From: Octopus sinensis
Lineage: Eukaryota
NCBI RefSeq assembly: GCF_006345805.1
Contig: NC_043016.1
Span: 7,874,001 to 7,938,000, forward strand
DNA: 64,000 nucleotides
Reading direction: 5' to 3'
Shown here piece by piece: positions 49,717 through 62,727 of this stretch. How positions within the stretch are numbered: position 1 is the stretch's first letter; every line of letters starts with the position of its first letter. The translations under genes and the position numbers were made by a program. The notes below the pieces were generated by a model. The model did no database searches, was not told the DNA's origin, and was given only the letters and a program-made list of their open reading frames with translations.

Positions 49717-49760
49717 CTGATGAAGGGATATATAAAATATCCCGGAAACAGCTGTAAAAC
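49717..49760 (+). ncRNA. Hammerhead-like motif, canonical core, family E
   Basis: CTGATGA-a-gggata(tataaaa)tatccc-g-GAAAC-agct-GTA; palindrome ACAGCTGT; weak stem I. Confidence 0.5.
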
Positions 49761-49849
49761 CTCTTTATAAATGTTCTGAAAACTATTCACAGCCTTGAGT
49801 TTTTTTTATCTCATTCTGTTAATTTATATATATATATATATATATACAT

Positions 49850-52800
49850 CATTTTCCATTCCAACCAATTAATTTATTATCGAGAATTTTCAGTGAAAGA
49901 GATTCCCTGCTCAGTACTCGTTGGCAGCATTTTAAATTAGTTAAAAAAGATGAAAATTTCGTCACCAATACTGGGGTCGTTAACAGAGAATGTGAAAAAT
50001 TCAAATTTAAGGAATTAGCCCCGTGTTTGTTCAAATGTCTAATTTTTGTTCAAGGGATAACAGCAAGAAAAGATGCTGATATACGCTCCATTATGTCAAC
50101 AAAATTAGCACAAGACCAAAAATTAACTCTGCAGGCAGTGGCTGAAGTATTCCAGAAGATTATAAATTTAAGACAATGACGCGGATAAAATTGAAAATAT
50201 TACTCTCAGACATATGCGTGTCAATCTGAAACGGATATGAAAAAGGATAAACGAACGTCTAGATCAATCTAAGCTATGGGTTCGGAGATTTACATTTTAG
50301 AAGTAGTTGTCCTTTTGAAAATTGTAAATATGCTGAGTGTCGAAAATCGGACATAGAAGCTCACATAAAAAGCGAAACAAAAAAAAAGGGTCAAACAAAA
50401 AAAATTCTAGAAAGAATGTATTGTTAACAAGAATTGTAAGCGAGGCTCAGAAACGAAAACTTGTGTCCACAAAGATGAATAATGTGAATATTAAGTTACA
50501 ATTCGATACGTGCAATGATATTACGATAATTAATACAGATACACGGAGAAGAATAGGGAAACCTAGATTAAAGGAAACTTCGAAAATTGCGCGAGGTGTT
50601 TCAGGGAAAATAATTGCCTTTTATGGCCCAAATGATATGTGATGTTACATTTCGTGGAAAAACCTTGAAAGTTAAAGTTTTTGTGTTGAGAAATACGACA
50701 AATTTATTTGGAACAGACTGGATGAAACTATTTAACTTATGGGACCTCTTCATAAATATGTTTTTGTAAAAATGTGAATGTTTCTTCAGCCTGTACAGAT
50801 AAGGCGTCAGAGGATATTTTTTAAAAAATTATTTTTCCTGAAGTATTTTTCTGATGAATTGGGTCTTTTGCACCAAAATAGAGGCGAAGTTCCAAGTGAA
50901 AGAAAATGCTATAGCGGTTTTTAAATAAAAACGAACGGTACCTTTCGCAGCGTTGAAACATGTCAACGAAGAATTGGATAGACTTGAAAAGCTTGGCGTT
51001 ATTGAAAAAATTAGTTACACAAAATGGGCGTCCCCAACAATTTATGTCAAGAAAAAAAATCCAAGTATGCGTTGATTTCTCAACGGAATTAAACGAATAT
51101 TTGATGCCATATAATTACCCGTTACCAATTCTGGAGGAAATATTCACAAAATTGAATGGAGGAAATTTTTTTTCAAAGTTGGACCTATCTGAAGCATATT
51201 TGCAGGTAAAAATCGATGAGGAATGTTCAAAATTATTGACAATAAATAACCATAAAGGGTAGTATAAACTTAATCGACTCTCTTTTGGTATAAAGGTAGC
51301 ATGTGACATTTTCCAACAAGTTATGGACATTATGCTCACAGGCTCGGGTTTAGCTGTAGCTTACCTTGACGACATATTCATAAAAAGTGAATCTCGGGGT
51401 CAGTATGCTGAGCATGTTAAAAAGGTCTTCAAAAGAATTATGATTATGTGTTTAAGCTCAGCAAGGAAAAGTGTGGATTTTTAATGCCAAGAATAAAATA
51501 TCTAGGGCAGATTATTAATGAAAATGGACGCAGATGAGACCCGTATAGGGCGAGTGCAATAAATAATATGCCACCCCCGAAAAACATTACAACGCTACAA
51601 GCGTTTCTGGGGCTTGCAAATTACTACCAGGTATACATACCGAATATGCACGAGTTAAGAGCTTTCCTGAATAACTTATTTTAAAAAAGACGTGAAGTGA
51701 AAACTGGTCGGACAAATCCCAAAACGCTTTTGAAGATATTAAAAACGTCTTAACCTCGGAATTGTCGTTATCATATATTGACCCGAATTTAGAAATAGTA
51801 GTGGCATCAAACGCTGGAGAAAGTGGTATTGGAGCTGTGGTTTTACACAAGTATGAAGATGGTAGCCTGAATGCAGTAACTCATGCTTTGCATTCATTAT
51901 TTCTGTGAAAAATTAGTCAAATAGAAACAGAGGCATTAGCTATCATGTTTGCGGTAAAAAAAATCCATAAATTTATACGTGGAAGATGTTTCTATCTGTA
52001 GACAGACCATCGCACATTATTACCGATCTATGGATAAAAAAAAAAGTATCCCCACACATGCAGCAAATCGCAGCGCCGAGGAATGATCCTACTGAATTAC
52101 GACTTCAAGATGGAGTATTTGCCATCGAAAAAATTGGGACATCCAGATGGTTTGACAAGGTTAATACCAAAATACAGTGAATCACTAGGAGACAGTTATA
52201 GCAGCGTTAAAAGCAGGAAAATGAAATAAAAAATATATTGTGCAATGTTGTGCGTGAATTGCCTGTGACATTAGAGGAAATAAAAATTAAGGCAGAGACG
52301 GACGAGTTTATGTTAAAAAATGAAAAAGATAGTGAAATCAGAAGAAACAAATAAAAAATACGTGTGGTTGGATGTAACGCAGTTTCGAATTTGTTTTCGA
52401 CATGCCTACCTTACTACAAGGGCGAATGTTAAAGGAATTCCACACCGGAAATCTAGGAATTTCTAAGATCGAGTCACTTATGAGGAATTATGTTTATTGG
52501 CCAAAATAGATCTAGATATTGAGAAGTTGGTAAAATCCTACAGAGGTTGTGCTCTTGCAGCGAAATCACCACCTATAAAATTTCAACCTTGGCCCAAGAC
52601 TACACATAGACTTCGCAGGACGGTTAAACCGATCATATTATCTTACAGAGGTACACAGCTTTTCAAAATGGCCAGAAATGTGTAAATGTAGAAAACCGAC
52701 ATCCACGGCAACTGTGGAATTTCTACACGAACTTTTTTCTAGGTATGGTGTCCTGGATACCGTAGTCTCCGATAACGGTACACGATTCACGGCGAACGAA

Positions 52801-53488
52801 TTTAAGAATTTTTGCAAGATGTACTGAATTGAACATATCACTACTCCCCTGCATCACCCAAGATCAAACGGGCAAGCAGAAATGTTCGTAGATACATTTA
52901 AAAGAGCATTAAAGAAATCAAGAAACGAGCTAGTCGATGACGCTGCATTGACACAATTCTTGAGAGTTTATAGGATAACACCAAACCCAAACACTTGTTC
53001 AGGCAAATCCCGGCGGAACGAATGTTTGCTCGAAAAATAAAGTAAATTTTCGACAAGCTGTTACCAGTAAAAACTACAAATAGGGAAAACGCTAAATATA
53101 CGTCAAAGTATTTTAATATCGGTGACAAAGTGTTTTTCAAAATATATAAAAATGAAAGACAAAGTTGGGAAGACGGAGTAGTAAAAAAAAAAGAATAGGC
53201 AAAATGACATGTGATAAGGGGCGAAAATAGGAACACAAAAGACATTTCAACCAGCTGAAAAATAGATATACGCAAAAAAAGAAAAGAGATACCCATGGAA
53301 GTGTTCTATGACACTTTTGATGTTCCAATGCCACAACAATTCGAACTTAGGCGTAGCAGTACAAGAAAGAGGAAACAAACTGAAATATTAAACTTCCCTA
53401 AGAGAAAAATCTCAAAAAAGGAGACGTGGTGAAAGAAAAATAAATAAAAATATTAACTTCCAACGGAAATCAATCACAAAGTGGGAGG
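49850..53488 (+). mobile_element. Decayed Gypsy LTR retrotransposon internal region (gag, PR, RT, RNase H, IN)
   Basis: LQFDT..DITII; WASP..CVDFS..YPLP..FSKLDLSEAYLQ; AYLDD at ~51360; VSDNGTRF; HPRSNGQAE; PPT at 53478-53488; many stops and frameshifts; no 5' LTR seen. Confidence 0.92.
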
Positions 53489-53721
53489 TGTTGTGGGGTT
53501 GGAAGAATGGACTAGCCGAACTCTTATAAAGAGTCACGTATTGGTTGAGACGTGAGGTCTGTAGGAGTCGTTGAGGGGACATTTTAGAGTCTCACGCAGT
53601 ACGTCATGTGAACACATTGATTTTACCTCCGCATACTTAAATTATATATCCAACGTGTGTTAAGGATGTAAAACACCCACACCCGTTGAAGAGAAGAGTA
53701 ACCCTCGGAGGTACACTACCA
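53489..53721 (+). mobile_element. 3' LTR of the Gypsy element
   Basis: Begins TGTTG immediately after the PPT; ends ACTAC(C)A. Confidence 0.6.
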
Positions 53722-54009
53722 TTTCACTAATCCTTCTCCTCTAAAGCATATGTGAACTTAAATACTTGAGTAGTGTAGCTACGTATACATGTATGTGTGG
53801 GTGTGTACGCATGCATGTGTGTATGTAGGTATATATAAATATACAGGTGTGAATGCATGTGCAAATATATGGGTACGTATGAACTAGAAAATATGTGTGT
53901 GTGTATGGTGACCTGTAAATTCCACCGTGGTAAATTACACAATGGAAAATTCAACCAGATAAATTTCACCATAGGTGAAATCATCATCACCTACATCATC
54001 ATCATCATT

Positions 54010-54044
<35 letters not shown>

Positions 54045-54354
54045 TATTATCATTAGGGGTCGATAAATTAAGTAAAAGTTGTATACTGGGGTCGATCTAA
54101 TCGATTGGCCCTCTCTCCCAAAATTTCGGGCCTTGTGCCTAGAGTAGAAAAGATTATTATTATTATTAAATCTCAGAACGAGATGTAAACAGTAATCGCT
54201 AGACAATGTAAAGTATTACAGCCATCTCAATATGGCTAACCACAAAAGGGGGGGGGGGTTACTGTAGCTTTTTAGCCCCAGGAGATCACAATTTCTGTGC
54301 CATTATGGTATTTGCAAAGGGAGGTCATCCCTTTCTCGTAAGCCTAAGTGATAT

Positions 54355-54398
54355 GCACCGGACCGCGGTTTCGAGATTATTGTCTCTTATCAACGGGC
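54355..54398 (-). ncRNA. Minimal hammerhead, U3-A8 variant
   Basis: Minus strand: gcccg-TTGATAA-gaga(caataa)tctc-GAAAC-cgcg-GTC^cggtgc; palindrome ACCGCGGT. Confidence 0.7.
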
Positions 54399-54589
54399 GG
54401 TATATATAAGCAAGCTACTTACCACACAGCCACTCCTAGAAAACAAATGAAATATTGAACATACAATACAACGTGGAAAAATAGAACACATGAAATATAA
54501 AGAGAGACACGATGAGATGAACAAGATAGTCTTTGTGAACCTATTACAGCAATATAACATATGAAAAAAAACCCCAGAAAATCAGAAAC

Positions 54590-54750
54590 GTGCAAATAGA
54601 AAAGGTAACGACAAGTGAAAAATTTAAGATTTTAGTTGATAGCTCAGTAATAACATCAAACCATAAAGAAAACAATAAACCCGATATTACGATGTCTGAC
54701 CGCGAAAGAAAAGAAACAATTATAATTGAAATTGGAGTAGTATCTGTCCA
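54590..54750 (+). pseudogene. Restriction-like endonuclease fragment of an R4/NeSL-type LINE
   Basis: KILVDSSVITSNHKENNKPDITMSDRERKETIIIEIGV. Confidence 0.55.
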
Positions 54751-54969
54751 TGGGTGGAATTTACCAGTGGAATATACCATGGTGGAATTCACCTATGGTG
54801 AAATTTACCTGGTAGAATTTACCATGGTGGAATATACCTAGAACCGTGAGTGTATATATGTGTGTATATATGTGTATGTATTTATGTATGTATAATAGTT
54901 ATATGTGTTTGTATATGCATATGTGTGTATATATGTATGTGTATATATATATGTATGTGTATATATATA

Positions 54970-55001
<32 letters not shown>

Positions 55002-55817
55002 TATGTATATATATATGCATATATGTGTGTGTATGCATGTATATGTATACATATATGTGTATGTATGTCAAATAATTAGGTATATATATGTACGTGTATA
55101 TATATCAAAAGGATGTGTTATAATGCTACTCCACAGCCATACTAACAATCCACCATACCCCCATCATCAGCTGCCCCACTGATATCATTGTGGTTTCGAT
55201 ACCTGTATGTATGTATACTTTTTGTATGTTTATATGTAGGGAAGTAAATATTTGAGTTTGCATGATATCCCCCTCCAAAATATATCAACAAACATTCCAA
55301 AACTAACCATATTTTTCTCTCTGCTGTCATCCCCACTTTATCAAAAGACATATCTTACACCTCATTACAACTCCCCCAACTTAAACTCATCTTTAATATA
55401 GAAAACTACTGAAACTTCCCTTTATATAATTAAGATAGTTGATTCAGGTATAAGTAAAGAATTTGAAAAACATCTGACCATTATATTTTCCACTAAAGGT
55501 CACCTATTCAAATGGAACCAGCAGGAGGGCACTTTCACAAGCCCTTCATAAAACACTCCTTAAACACCTCATCACCTCCTGACTCCACCCTCAATCAATT
55601 ATTTTGTTTTTACCATTCGCTATTTTCTTTCAGCTCTTGTTCATCAACATTCCTTCATTCCCACACTTATTAACAAAACCCAAACCCCACCCAAACACTC
55701 CTAAATCTCTTATATATAATCTCTTATGTATACATCTCTTATGTATCACACTGCACAACACAATCTGGGATCAGTTTGACAATCGCCACTGATAAATGTG
55801 AGAAAGTTATCCAGAAG

Positions 55818-55992
55818 AGTAGGAGTGGCTGTGTGGTAAGTAGCTTGCTCGTGAACCACACGATCCCGGGTTCCGTCTCACTACGTAGCACCTTGCGCAA
55901 GTGTCTTCTACTATAGCCTCCGGCCGACCAAAGACTTGTGAGTGGATTTAGTAGACGGAAACTGAAAAGAGGCCCGTCGTATATATGTATAA

Positions 55993-56065
<73 letters not shown>

Positions 56066-56172
56066 GGTGTGACTGTGTTTGTCCCCTTAACATTGCTTGA
56101 CAACGGATGCTGGTGTGCTTATGTCCCTGTAACTTAGTGGTTCGGCAAAAGAGACCGATAGAATAAGTACTA
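55818..56172 (+). mobile_element. SINE family A, 3'-truncated
   Basis: Head, core and internal microsatellite. Confidence 0.85.
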
Positions 56173-56462
56173 GTGTTCATCAACACTCCTTCACTCCCAT
56201 ACTTATATACGAACCCCAATCCCACCCCATACACACCCAAATTTCTTATATATAGAATCATATAACACAACCTGAGATCAGTTTGACATTCGCCACTGAC
56301 AAATGCAAGAAACTTCTCAAGAAAAGTTAACAAGCAATCTTTAAAAAATTTCCCCACTAAAGTTAACAAAGAACTTAATAGTGCTACAAACCAAACTGCA
56401 AAATTATATTAATAGATTAAATTGATTAGGACTACAAGTGAAGTCATTCTTTTCCTTTTTAT

Positions 56463-56868
56463 AGGTGTAGGAGTGGTTGTGTGGTAAGTAGCTTGCTTAC
56501 CAACCACATGGTTCCGAGTTCAGTCCCATTTATGCCACCTTGTGCAAGTGCCTTCTGCTATAGCCTCGGACCGACCAAAGCCTTGTGAGTGGATTTGGTA
56601 GACGGAAACTGAAAGAAGTCCGTCGTATATATGTATGTCTATTTATGTGTGTGTGTGTGTGTGTGTGTTTGTGTATCTGTGTTTGTCCTCCCAACATCGC
56701 TTGACAACCGATGCTGGCGTGTTTACGTCCCCGTAACTTAGCGGTTCGGCAAAAGAGACCAATAGAATAAGTACTAGGCTTGCAAAGAATAAGTCCTGGG
56801 GTCGATTTGCCCAACCAAAGGCGGTGCTCCAGCATGGCCACAGGGAAATGACTGAAACAAGTAAGAGA
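56463..56868 (+). mobile_element. SINE family A, full length
   Basis: Same structure as the other A copies. Confidence 0.9.
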
Positions 56869-57626
56869 GTATACCTAACTGTATCAAGGATATCACACAT
56901 TTTCCAATATATATATATATATAATATATATATATATCCTTTCTGGTTTTCTCTCCCACCCTTCCCTATTCTTCTCTCCCTCTCTCTTAATCCCCCTCCC
57001 ACTTCTCGTCGCTGACCAGAGGGTAACTAAATTTCTTTCTGACTACTGCCTTCAACAAGTTCACAACGGCTTCTCCTGTCCTCGTAAACCGTTTAATTTT
57101 TCCATCGTCTACCCTTAAAAGCTCTTATCGTTTGTTTTTATTGTGTTATTCCCCTTGTCCTGTCTTTTACTGTTTTTATTTGTATTGCTTTTACCGTCTT
57201 GTTTTGTTTTTACTGCCCTGTTCTTGTCACCATTTTTACCCCTCCGCAAAAATTCCCAAATTGTATTTAATTTGCTTTGCGGGAAGGACTGTTTCAAAGA
57301 AGTCGTGTCTTGCCCTTACCTTCGAAACACGGAGTAGTCGAAGCAGGGGCAGCTGAAGAAAAAGAATGTTCCTTGTGTTGTATGTCTTGTTTCTCTGTTT
57401 TTTGTTGTTTGAATAAGTCCATTTCCATGTTTTTGTTTTTGTTTTCGTTTCTCGTTGTGTTCTACGTTTTTTGGTGTCCTGTACCCATACATGCATGTAT
57501 ATATACATATAGATGTAGGTATGTACATATATGTATGTATATTAATTTGTTTTCATATGATCGAACGCCACGCATCCACTTCCAAGTAAGTTTTACATAT
57601 ATATATGTATATATACATACATTCTA

Positions 57627-57677
57627 GCAAAAACTGTCCGACGAACGGGAACGTGAAACTCAGAGTAACAGGTTTTG
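57627..57677 (+). ncRNA. Hammerhead-like motif, U4C variant
   Basis: caaaaactgt-CCGACGA-acg(ggaa)cgt-GAAAC-tcaga-GTA^acag(g)ttttg. Confidence 0.55.
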
Positions 57678-57795
57678 TTGAATTTTCTGCTGCTTTAAAT
57701 AAAGCACATTACTCTACCACTGGTATTTGAGTACTCTTTTTTCCACCTTGTTTCACATTTATGTGTTTACTCCGGTATATATATATATATATATA

Positions 57796-58073
57796 TTAGA
57801 GGGAAACCACTATGTGGACAGCCATATTTGTGTGGACGTCCTAGTATGCAGTCCTACCAATTATATTCACCTTGGACAGTCGTACCGATGATCTACGGAC
57901 AATTACGTAATTTGTTGATAAGAATAATCCATATTTTTATTACTTTTTCTTTTGTCTTGCTCGATTACGTTTTGGTTGTTTTGCTAAATTTTTCTTGAGA
58001 ACATTTCTTAGGGGTGAGACCGTAGTGGATCTATTTCTAGCATATGGGTGTCCACATAGTGGTTTCCCTCTAA
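57796..58073. mobile_element. 278 bp MITE in (TA)n, Tc1/mariner-type TA TSD
   Basis: Perfect TIR TTAGAGGGAAACCACTATGTGGACA. Confidence 0.9.
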
Positions 58074-58439
58074 TATATATATATAATACAATTTTACTGA
58101 ACCTTCAGTTTTTTTTTTAATGGTAGACCACTGGTCTGAAATCGATGTTAATTAAATTAATATCCAATTTCTCACCCTCATTTTAAATTTAAAATTATAT
58201 ATATATATTTTTTTTTCTTGCCTCTGATTCTTTGGTCTACCCTTCCCCCACTCTCTCACATTTCTCTGTCTTTCTCACTTTGCACTCACTAGCCAATCCG
58301 TGGCACGCACTCTTTCTTCTCTCTTCTTTAATACCTTCTTTCTCTCTCTTCTCCCCCCTTTGTTGCCTTCGTCCCTCTTTTTCTCTCTCTCTTTGTTTCC
58401 TTTGTCCCCTTTCTTTTCTCTCTCTTCTCTCACGTAACC

Positions 58440-58868
58440 GCTGGTCAAATCAGCCTTTTTGGCCTCCGACCACTGCCGTGAGAACACCGTTGTCTTCGTC
58501 TGCCGATAAAGGCATTTTTTCCAAATACGCCAGCTAAACTTGTTGTACTGTTTATTGGTCGTAAGACACCCGCTGTTTTTGTCCTGTTTTTACCATTATT
58601 GTTTTTTGTATTTTATATTCGTGTGGTATCGTCCGTTTTTCTGTCCCTGTTTCGTATACATTCGATCCTTCTTCCAAGAAATCTAATGCTCGTAGCTTAG
58701 TTTTTCCTTGGGGCTGGCCGGATCGGAGCGATCTCAAGATTAATCAGCCGAAATTGCTAGGATCATCCGGTTCTTGACTGAAGATTGAAGGCTTCGAATG
58801 TCCCGCCGTGTTTTTTTGTATCGTCTTCTAAATATTTTACGTTCTTGTCCCTTTTGTATTTTTCTACA
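58440..58868 (+). mobile_element. Family D interspersed repeat
   Basis: 3' part matches the reverse complement of 46505-46638. Confidence 0.6.
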
Positions 58869-58884
58869 TATAATATATATATAC

Positions 58885-59298
58885 TCTCCTCTTTTACTCT
58901 TTACTTGTTTCAGTCATTTGACTGTGGCCATGCTGGAGCACCGCTTTAATCGAGCAACTCGACCCCGGACTTATTCTTTTGTAAGCCCAGTACTTATTCT
59001 ATCGGTCTCTTTTGCCGAACCGCTAAGTAACGAGGACATAACACACCAGCATCGGTTGTCAAGCAATGCTAGGGGGACAAACACAGACACACAAACACAC
59101 ACCACGCATATATATACATATACACGACGGGCTTCTTTCAGTTTCCGTCTACCAAATCCACTCACAAGGCTTTGGTCGGCCCGAGGCTATAGTAGAAGAC
59201 ACTTGCCCAAGGTGCCGCGCAGTGGGACTGAACCCGGAACCATGTGGTTGGTAAACAAGTTACTTACCACACAGCCACTCCTGCGCCACTCCTGCGCC
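58885..59298 (-). mobile_element. SINE family A, full length
   Basis: Reverse complement of the A structure. Confidence 0.9.
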
Positions 59299-59712
59299 TA
59301 TATATATATATATTGTGTGGTTTGCCAAACAAGGGTGAAGAAAAAGAAAAATGTTTGAGAAGGAAGGGAAGATAAAGAGGTGTGACTTTTGTAGCGGTAT
59401 GGTCAGACTTGTTTGTTTAATACTTAGTGACCTTTTAGAGTGGGGGATGAGAAAGAATTTTTCTGTTTTAATTGGTCATGGTTTTTCTTCAATAAAAATT
59501 ATAATTGCATTTCCATGCCTTCTTTATTCTTTATTCTTTTGTATTCATTAATGTGGGGGAAGCAATGACGCGTGGATTTTGCATTAGTGTGGTCAAATTT
59601 TTTTAGAAGTCAAGATTTTAAATTATATACATGTTTAAAAAAATATATACATATATAATTATCCAACATTCGGACTACTTATTCTAAATATACAATATCT
59701 GTGCATCACTTC

Positions 59713-59813
<101 letters not shown>

Positions 59814-59835
59814 TATATATATGGTGTGTGTATAC

Positions 59836-59868
<33 letters not shown>

Positions 59869-59894
59869 ATTATATATATATATATATATGTTGT

Positions 59895-59935
<41 letters not shown>

Positions 59936-59943
59936 TATATTAT

Positions 59944-59974
<31 letters not shown>

Positions 59975-59999
59975 GTACATACATATATATGCATTAATA

Positions 60000-62021
60000 T
60001 ATGAATAAATAAATGGAGTTTAACGCAGGTGTAAATCAAATATTTTTACTTTCGACACACGTTTCGAAAATCCACTGATACTATTCAAAAGAATAAATGG
60101 TATAACAATGCAATCTTCTCTTCAGAAAGTGAAAAAAACGAAACTCGTCAATCAGACATTTTAGCAAAAAATGATCGATTTGTATAGCGATAGACAGAAC
60201 ACTATTAATATTGTTTAAAAAAACGTTATATGATATAAGGTCATAAGTAGCTAACAGAAAGAGTAGGGATACCAATAGTGAATGTTAAATATAAAGGAAA
60301 TTAAAGTTTAAATATATATATTAGAGACTACTTATATGCACTAAATGTGTGTTTTTTGCCAATGCTTACATCTGTATGCTCACTCTATAACCGTGTTTAC
60401 TAGAGTATTTTTTAGAAAAAATAATGAAAAATAGCTCAGAATTGCAGAGAAGACAGAATTCCTTGCCTTGTCATAAGGTATCGAAATTGAGAGGATCAAC
60501 CATTCTAAATGAAATTGTTCATTGTGGTCTTTTAAATCCCAAATCAGTTTGCTGAGACCGGTACTATTACGTTTATTTCTATCCTTAAATGTTGAGCAAT
60601 GGATAGAAATTCTTTTAGATAACTCTAACGATGTGCTTCCAATGTAAAATCGTACTTTATTACGAGTACTGATTATACACTGGTATATAGAATTTTTAAT
60701 CTTAGAGTTACTTGACATAAACTTAATTCTATTGGAATTGACTTCACATACAATAACCTTGTTATTAATATTTCTAGAGGGTTGGATGGTATTAGCTAAA
60801 TTAATGCTAGTATTAGTAAATGTATTAATATTTAACAGTTTGTTATTGTGTGAAGAGATAATTTGTAAGAGATTTTTTTGTGTTTGAAAAACCGATCCTA
60901 ACCGTATGTGAATTGATAAAAGAATAATATCTAGACTTTTTTGGAAAATTCGAAACAGCAGTGGGAGATTAGATTTAATTTGTCTCCCGTAAGGAATTAT
61001 TAACCAAATATTTTTACTAGTATTCATAGCGTAATTATTTTTGAAGGTGTTATATTTACTTTTAGAACGATAATAGGGGATTAAATAAGGGTTATCTGCC
61101 TTCATTCGCTTTGTATCGGTGCGTAAGTTATGTTTGTTATCAATAATTCTTTTACGACTAGAAATCTTATCTACATTATTGAATTTACAATTAGACTGAG
61201 CAGAATCAATGTAGAAAATGTTCTCTGTATAACCTGCTTTAATTAAGGCAGAGTTATAGAATTCAGCGTTATTATTGAAAATATCAACATTAGCAGATAA
61301 TTTAGATAATCTAAATGAAATATTCTTAACTAAGTTCTTAGTAATTGCTCTAGGATGATTACTAAATTTGCTAATGTACTTAAGATTGGTCAATGGTTTT
61401 CGATATGGGAAGTAAGAGTCACTGTGTAAATTAAGCGTAATATCTAAAAAGTTGGCCTTCGTCATATCGTCATCAAAAACGATTTTTAAGCCCATTCTAC
61501 TGAAAATATTAACTAAACTATTCTTAACTTTTTGTACCTTTTGGTTGGAAACATTTTGGAGGTAAACTAAACAATCATCACGATATAGACCTCCATAAAT
61601 GTTAGGGAACTCTTCTGCCATTTCAAAAAGAATATATATACAGACCAAATCAGCTATCTGTGCTGAATCAGAACTTCCCATTGGTATATCGAAACTACCT
61701 GGTGTGTCTTTACGGACCCACAACTTATCATCAAATTTAATAATAGATCCTCTGGCTGCCAACACAACATTAATTTCTTCTCGGGTGAGACCAGCTTCGT
61801 TATGAGCAAGCCAAAGTGCCTTATTAAGTACTATTGGATTGATAGATGAATAAAAATTGGAAATATCAAACTGGATAAACTTAGTACTCACCTTATTCGT
61901 AATAGAACTAAACCAGTCAACTACTTCAAACGAATTAGTCCATAAACTAAGTTTTAATGTTTTAATTAAATTAGGAATATATTTATCTAGTATATTTTTA
62001 CTAAGGATACCGATGTCAGAG

Positions 62022-62022
<1 letters not shown>
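60000..62022 (-). mobile_element. 5'-truncated Penelope-like element (RT + GIY-YIG + hammerhead) between (AT)n tracts
   Basis: SDIGILSK..VDWF..FIQFDISNFYSSI, IPMGS, GLYRDD, FLDITL, SIYQC..FYIGST; several small indels; coding end near 60341. Confidence 0.9.
60048..60131 (-). ncRNA. Hammerhead homologous to 11438-11520, one C missing at the stem I/core junction
   Basis: acttt-CTGAAGA-gaagat..attttc-GAAAC-gtgt-GTC^gaaagt. Confidence 0.6.
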
Positions 62023-62075
<53 letters not shown>

Positions 62076-62084
62076 ATATATGTT

Positions 62085-62240
62085 TCAGCAACAATTTAGA
62101 TTCAAATGAATATGGTACTTAATTTAGATGCACCAGAATTTTGTATGGTGTTATCCATAAATTTGCGGGGTGATTATAATCAAAATAAGCAACAAGAATT
62201 TGTACCAAATTACCGGAGTCATTCTTGTTGCTTATTTTTG

Positions 62241-62243
<3 letters not shown>
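62085..62243 (+). mobile_element. Short element J with a 22 bp hairpin end
   Basis: Homologous to 10197-10420; arms 62178-62199 and 62221-62243. Confidence 0.6.
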
Positions 62244-62316
<73 letters not shown>

Positions 62317-62369
62317 GTACATATATATATGTACATATATATATGTATGTATTATGTATGTATGTATTC

Positions 62370-62727
62370 TTTTATTTGTTTCAGTCATTTGACTGCGGCC
62401 ATGCTGGAGTACCACCTTTACTCGAGCAAATCAACCCCAGGACTTGTTCTCTGTAAGCCTAGTACATATTTTCGGTCTCTTTTGCCGAACAGCTAAGCTA
62501 CGGGGACGTAAACACGCCAGCATCGGTTGTCAAGCGATGTTTGTTCCCTCAACATCGCTTGACAACCGATGCTGGCGTGTTTACATATACATAATATATA
62601 CGACGGGCTTCTTTCAGTTTCCGTCTACCAAATCCACTTACAAGGCTTTGGTTGGCCCGAGGCTATAGTAGAAGATACTTGCCCAAGGCGCCACGCAGTG
62701 GGACTGAACCCGGAACCATGTGGTTTG
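62370..62727 (-). mobile_element. SINE family A with an internal fold-back (62508-62584)
   Basis: 34 bp arms with an 8 nt loop replace the normal segment. Confidence 0.8.

Larger units (their letters stand above)
53907..54845. repeat. Inverted clusters of 14-16 bp palindromic GGTRRAATTYACC units (53907-53982 and 54752-54845)
   Basis: The two clusters are reverse complements in similar register. Confidence 0.6.

Noticed and set aside
55380-56400. Two diverged ~170 bp copies (55640-55815 and 56176-56330) with faint Penelope-linker similarity
   Set aside because: Duplication is visible but the protein similarity is too weak to assign.
57285-57346. Hammerhead-like GAAAC..GTC with pairing stems
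   Set aside because: Only 4 nt where the 7 nt core should be.
58740-58805. CTGAAGA and GAAA in family D (also 46560-46638)
   Set aside because: No stem II can be formed adjacent to both core halves.
60380-61891. Intact active 503 aa Penelope protein
   Set aside because: 5'-truncated, GTG start is internal, and it contains compensating frameshifts and a scrambled C-terminus.
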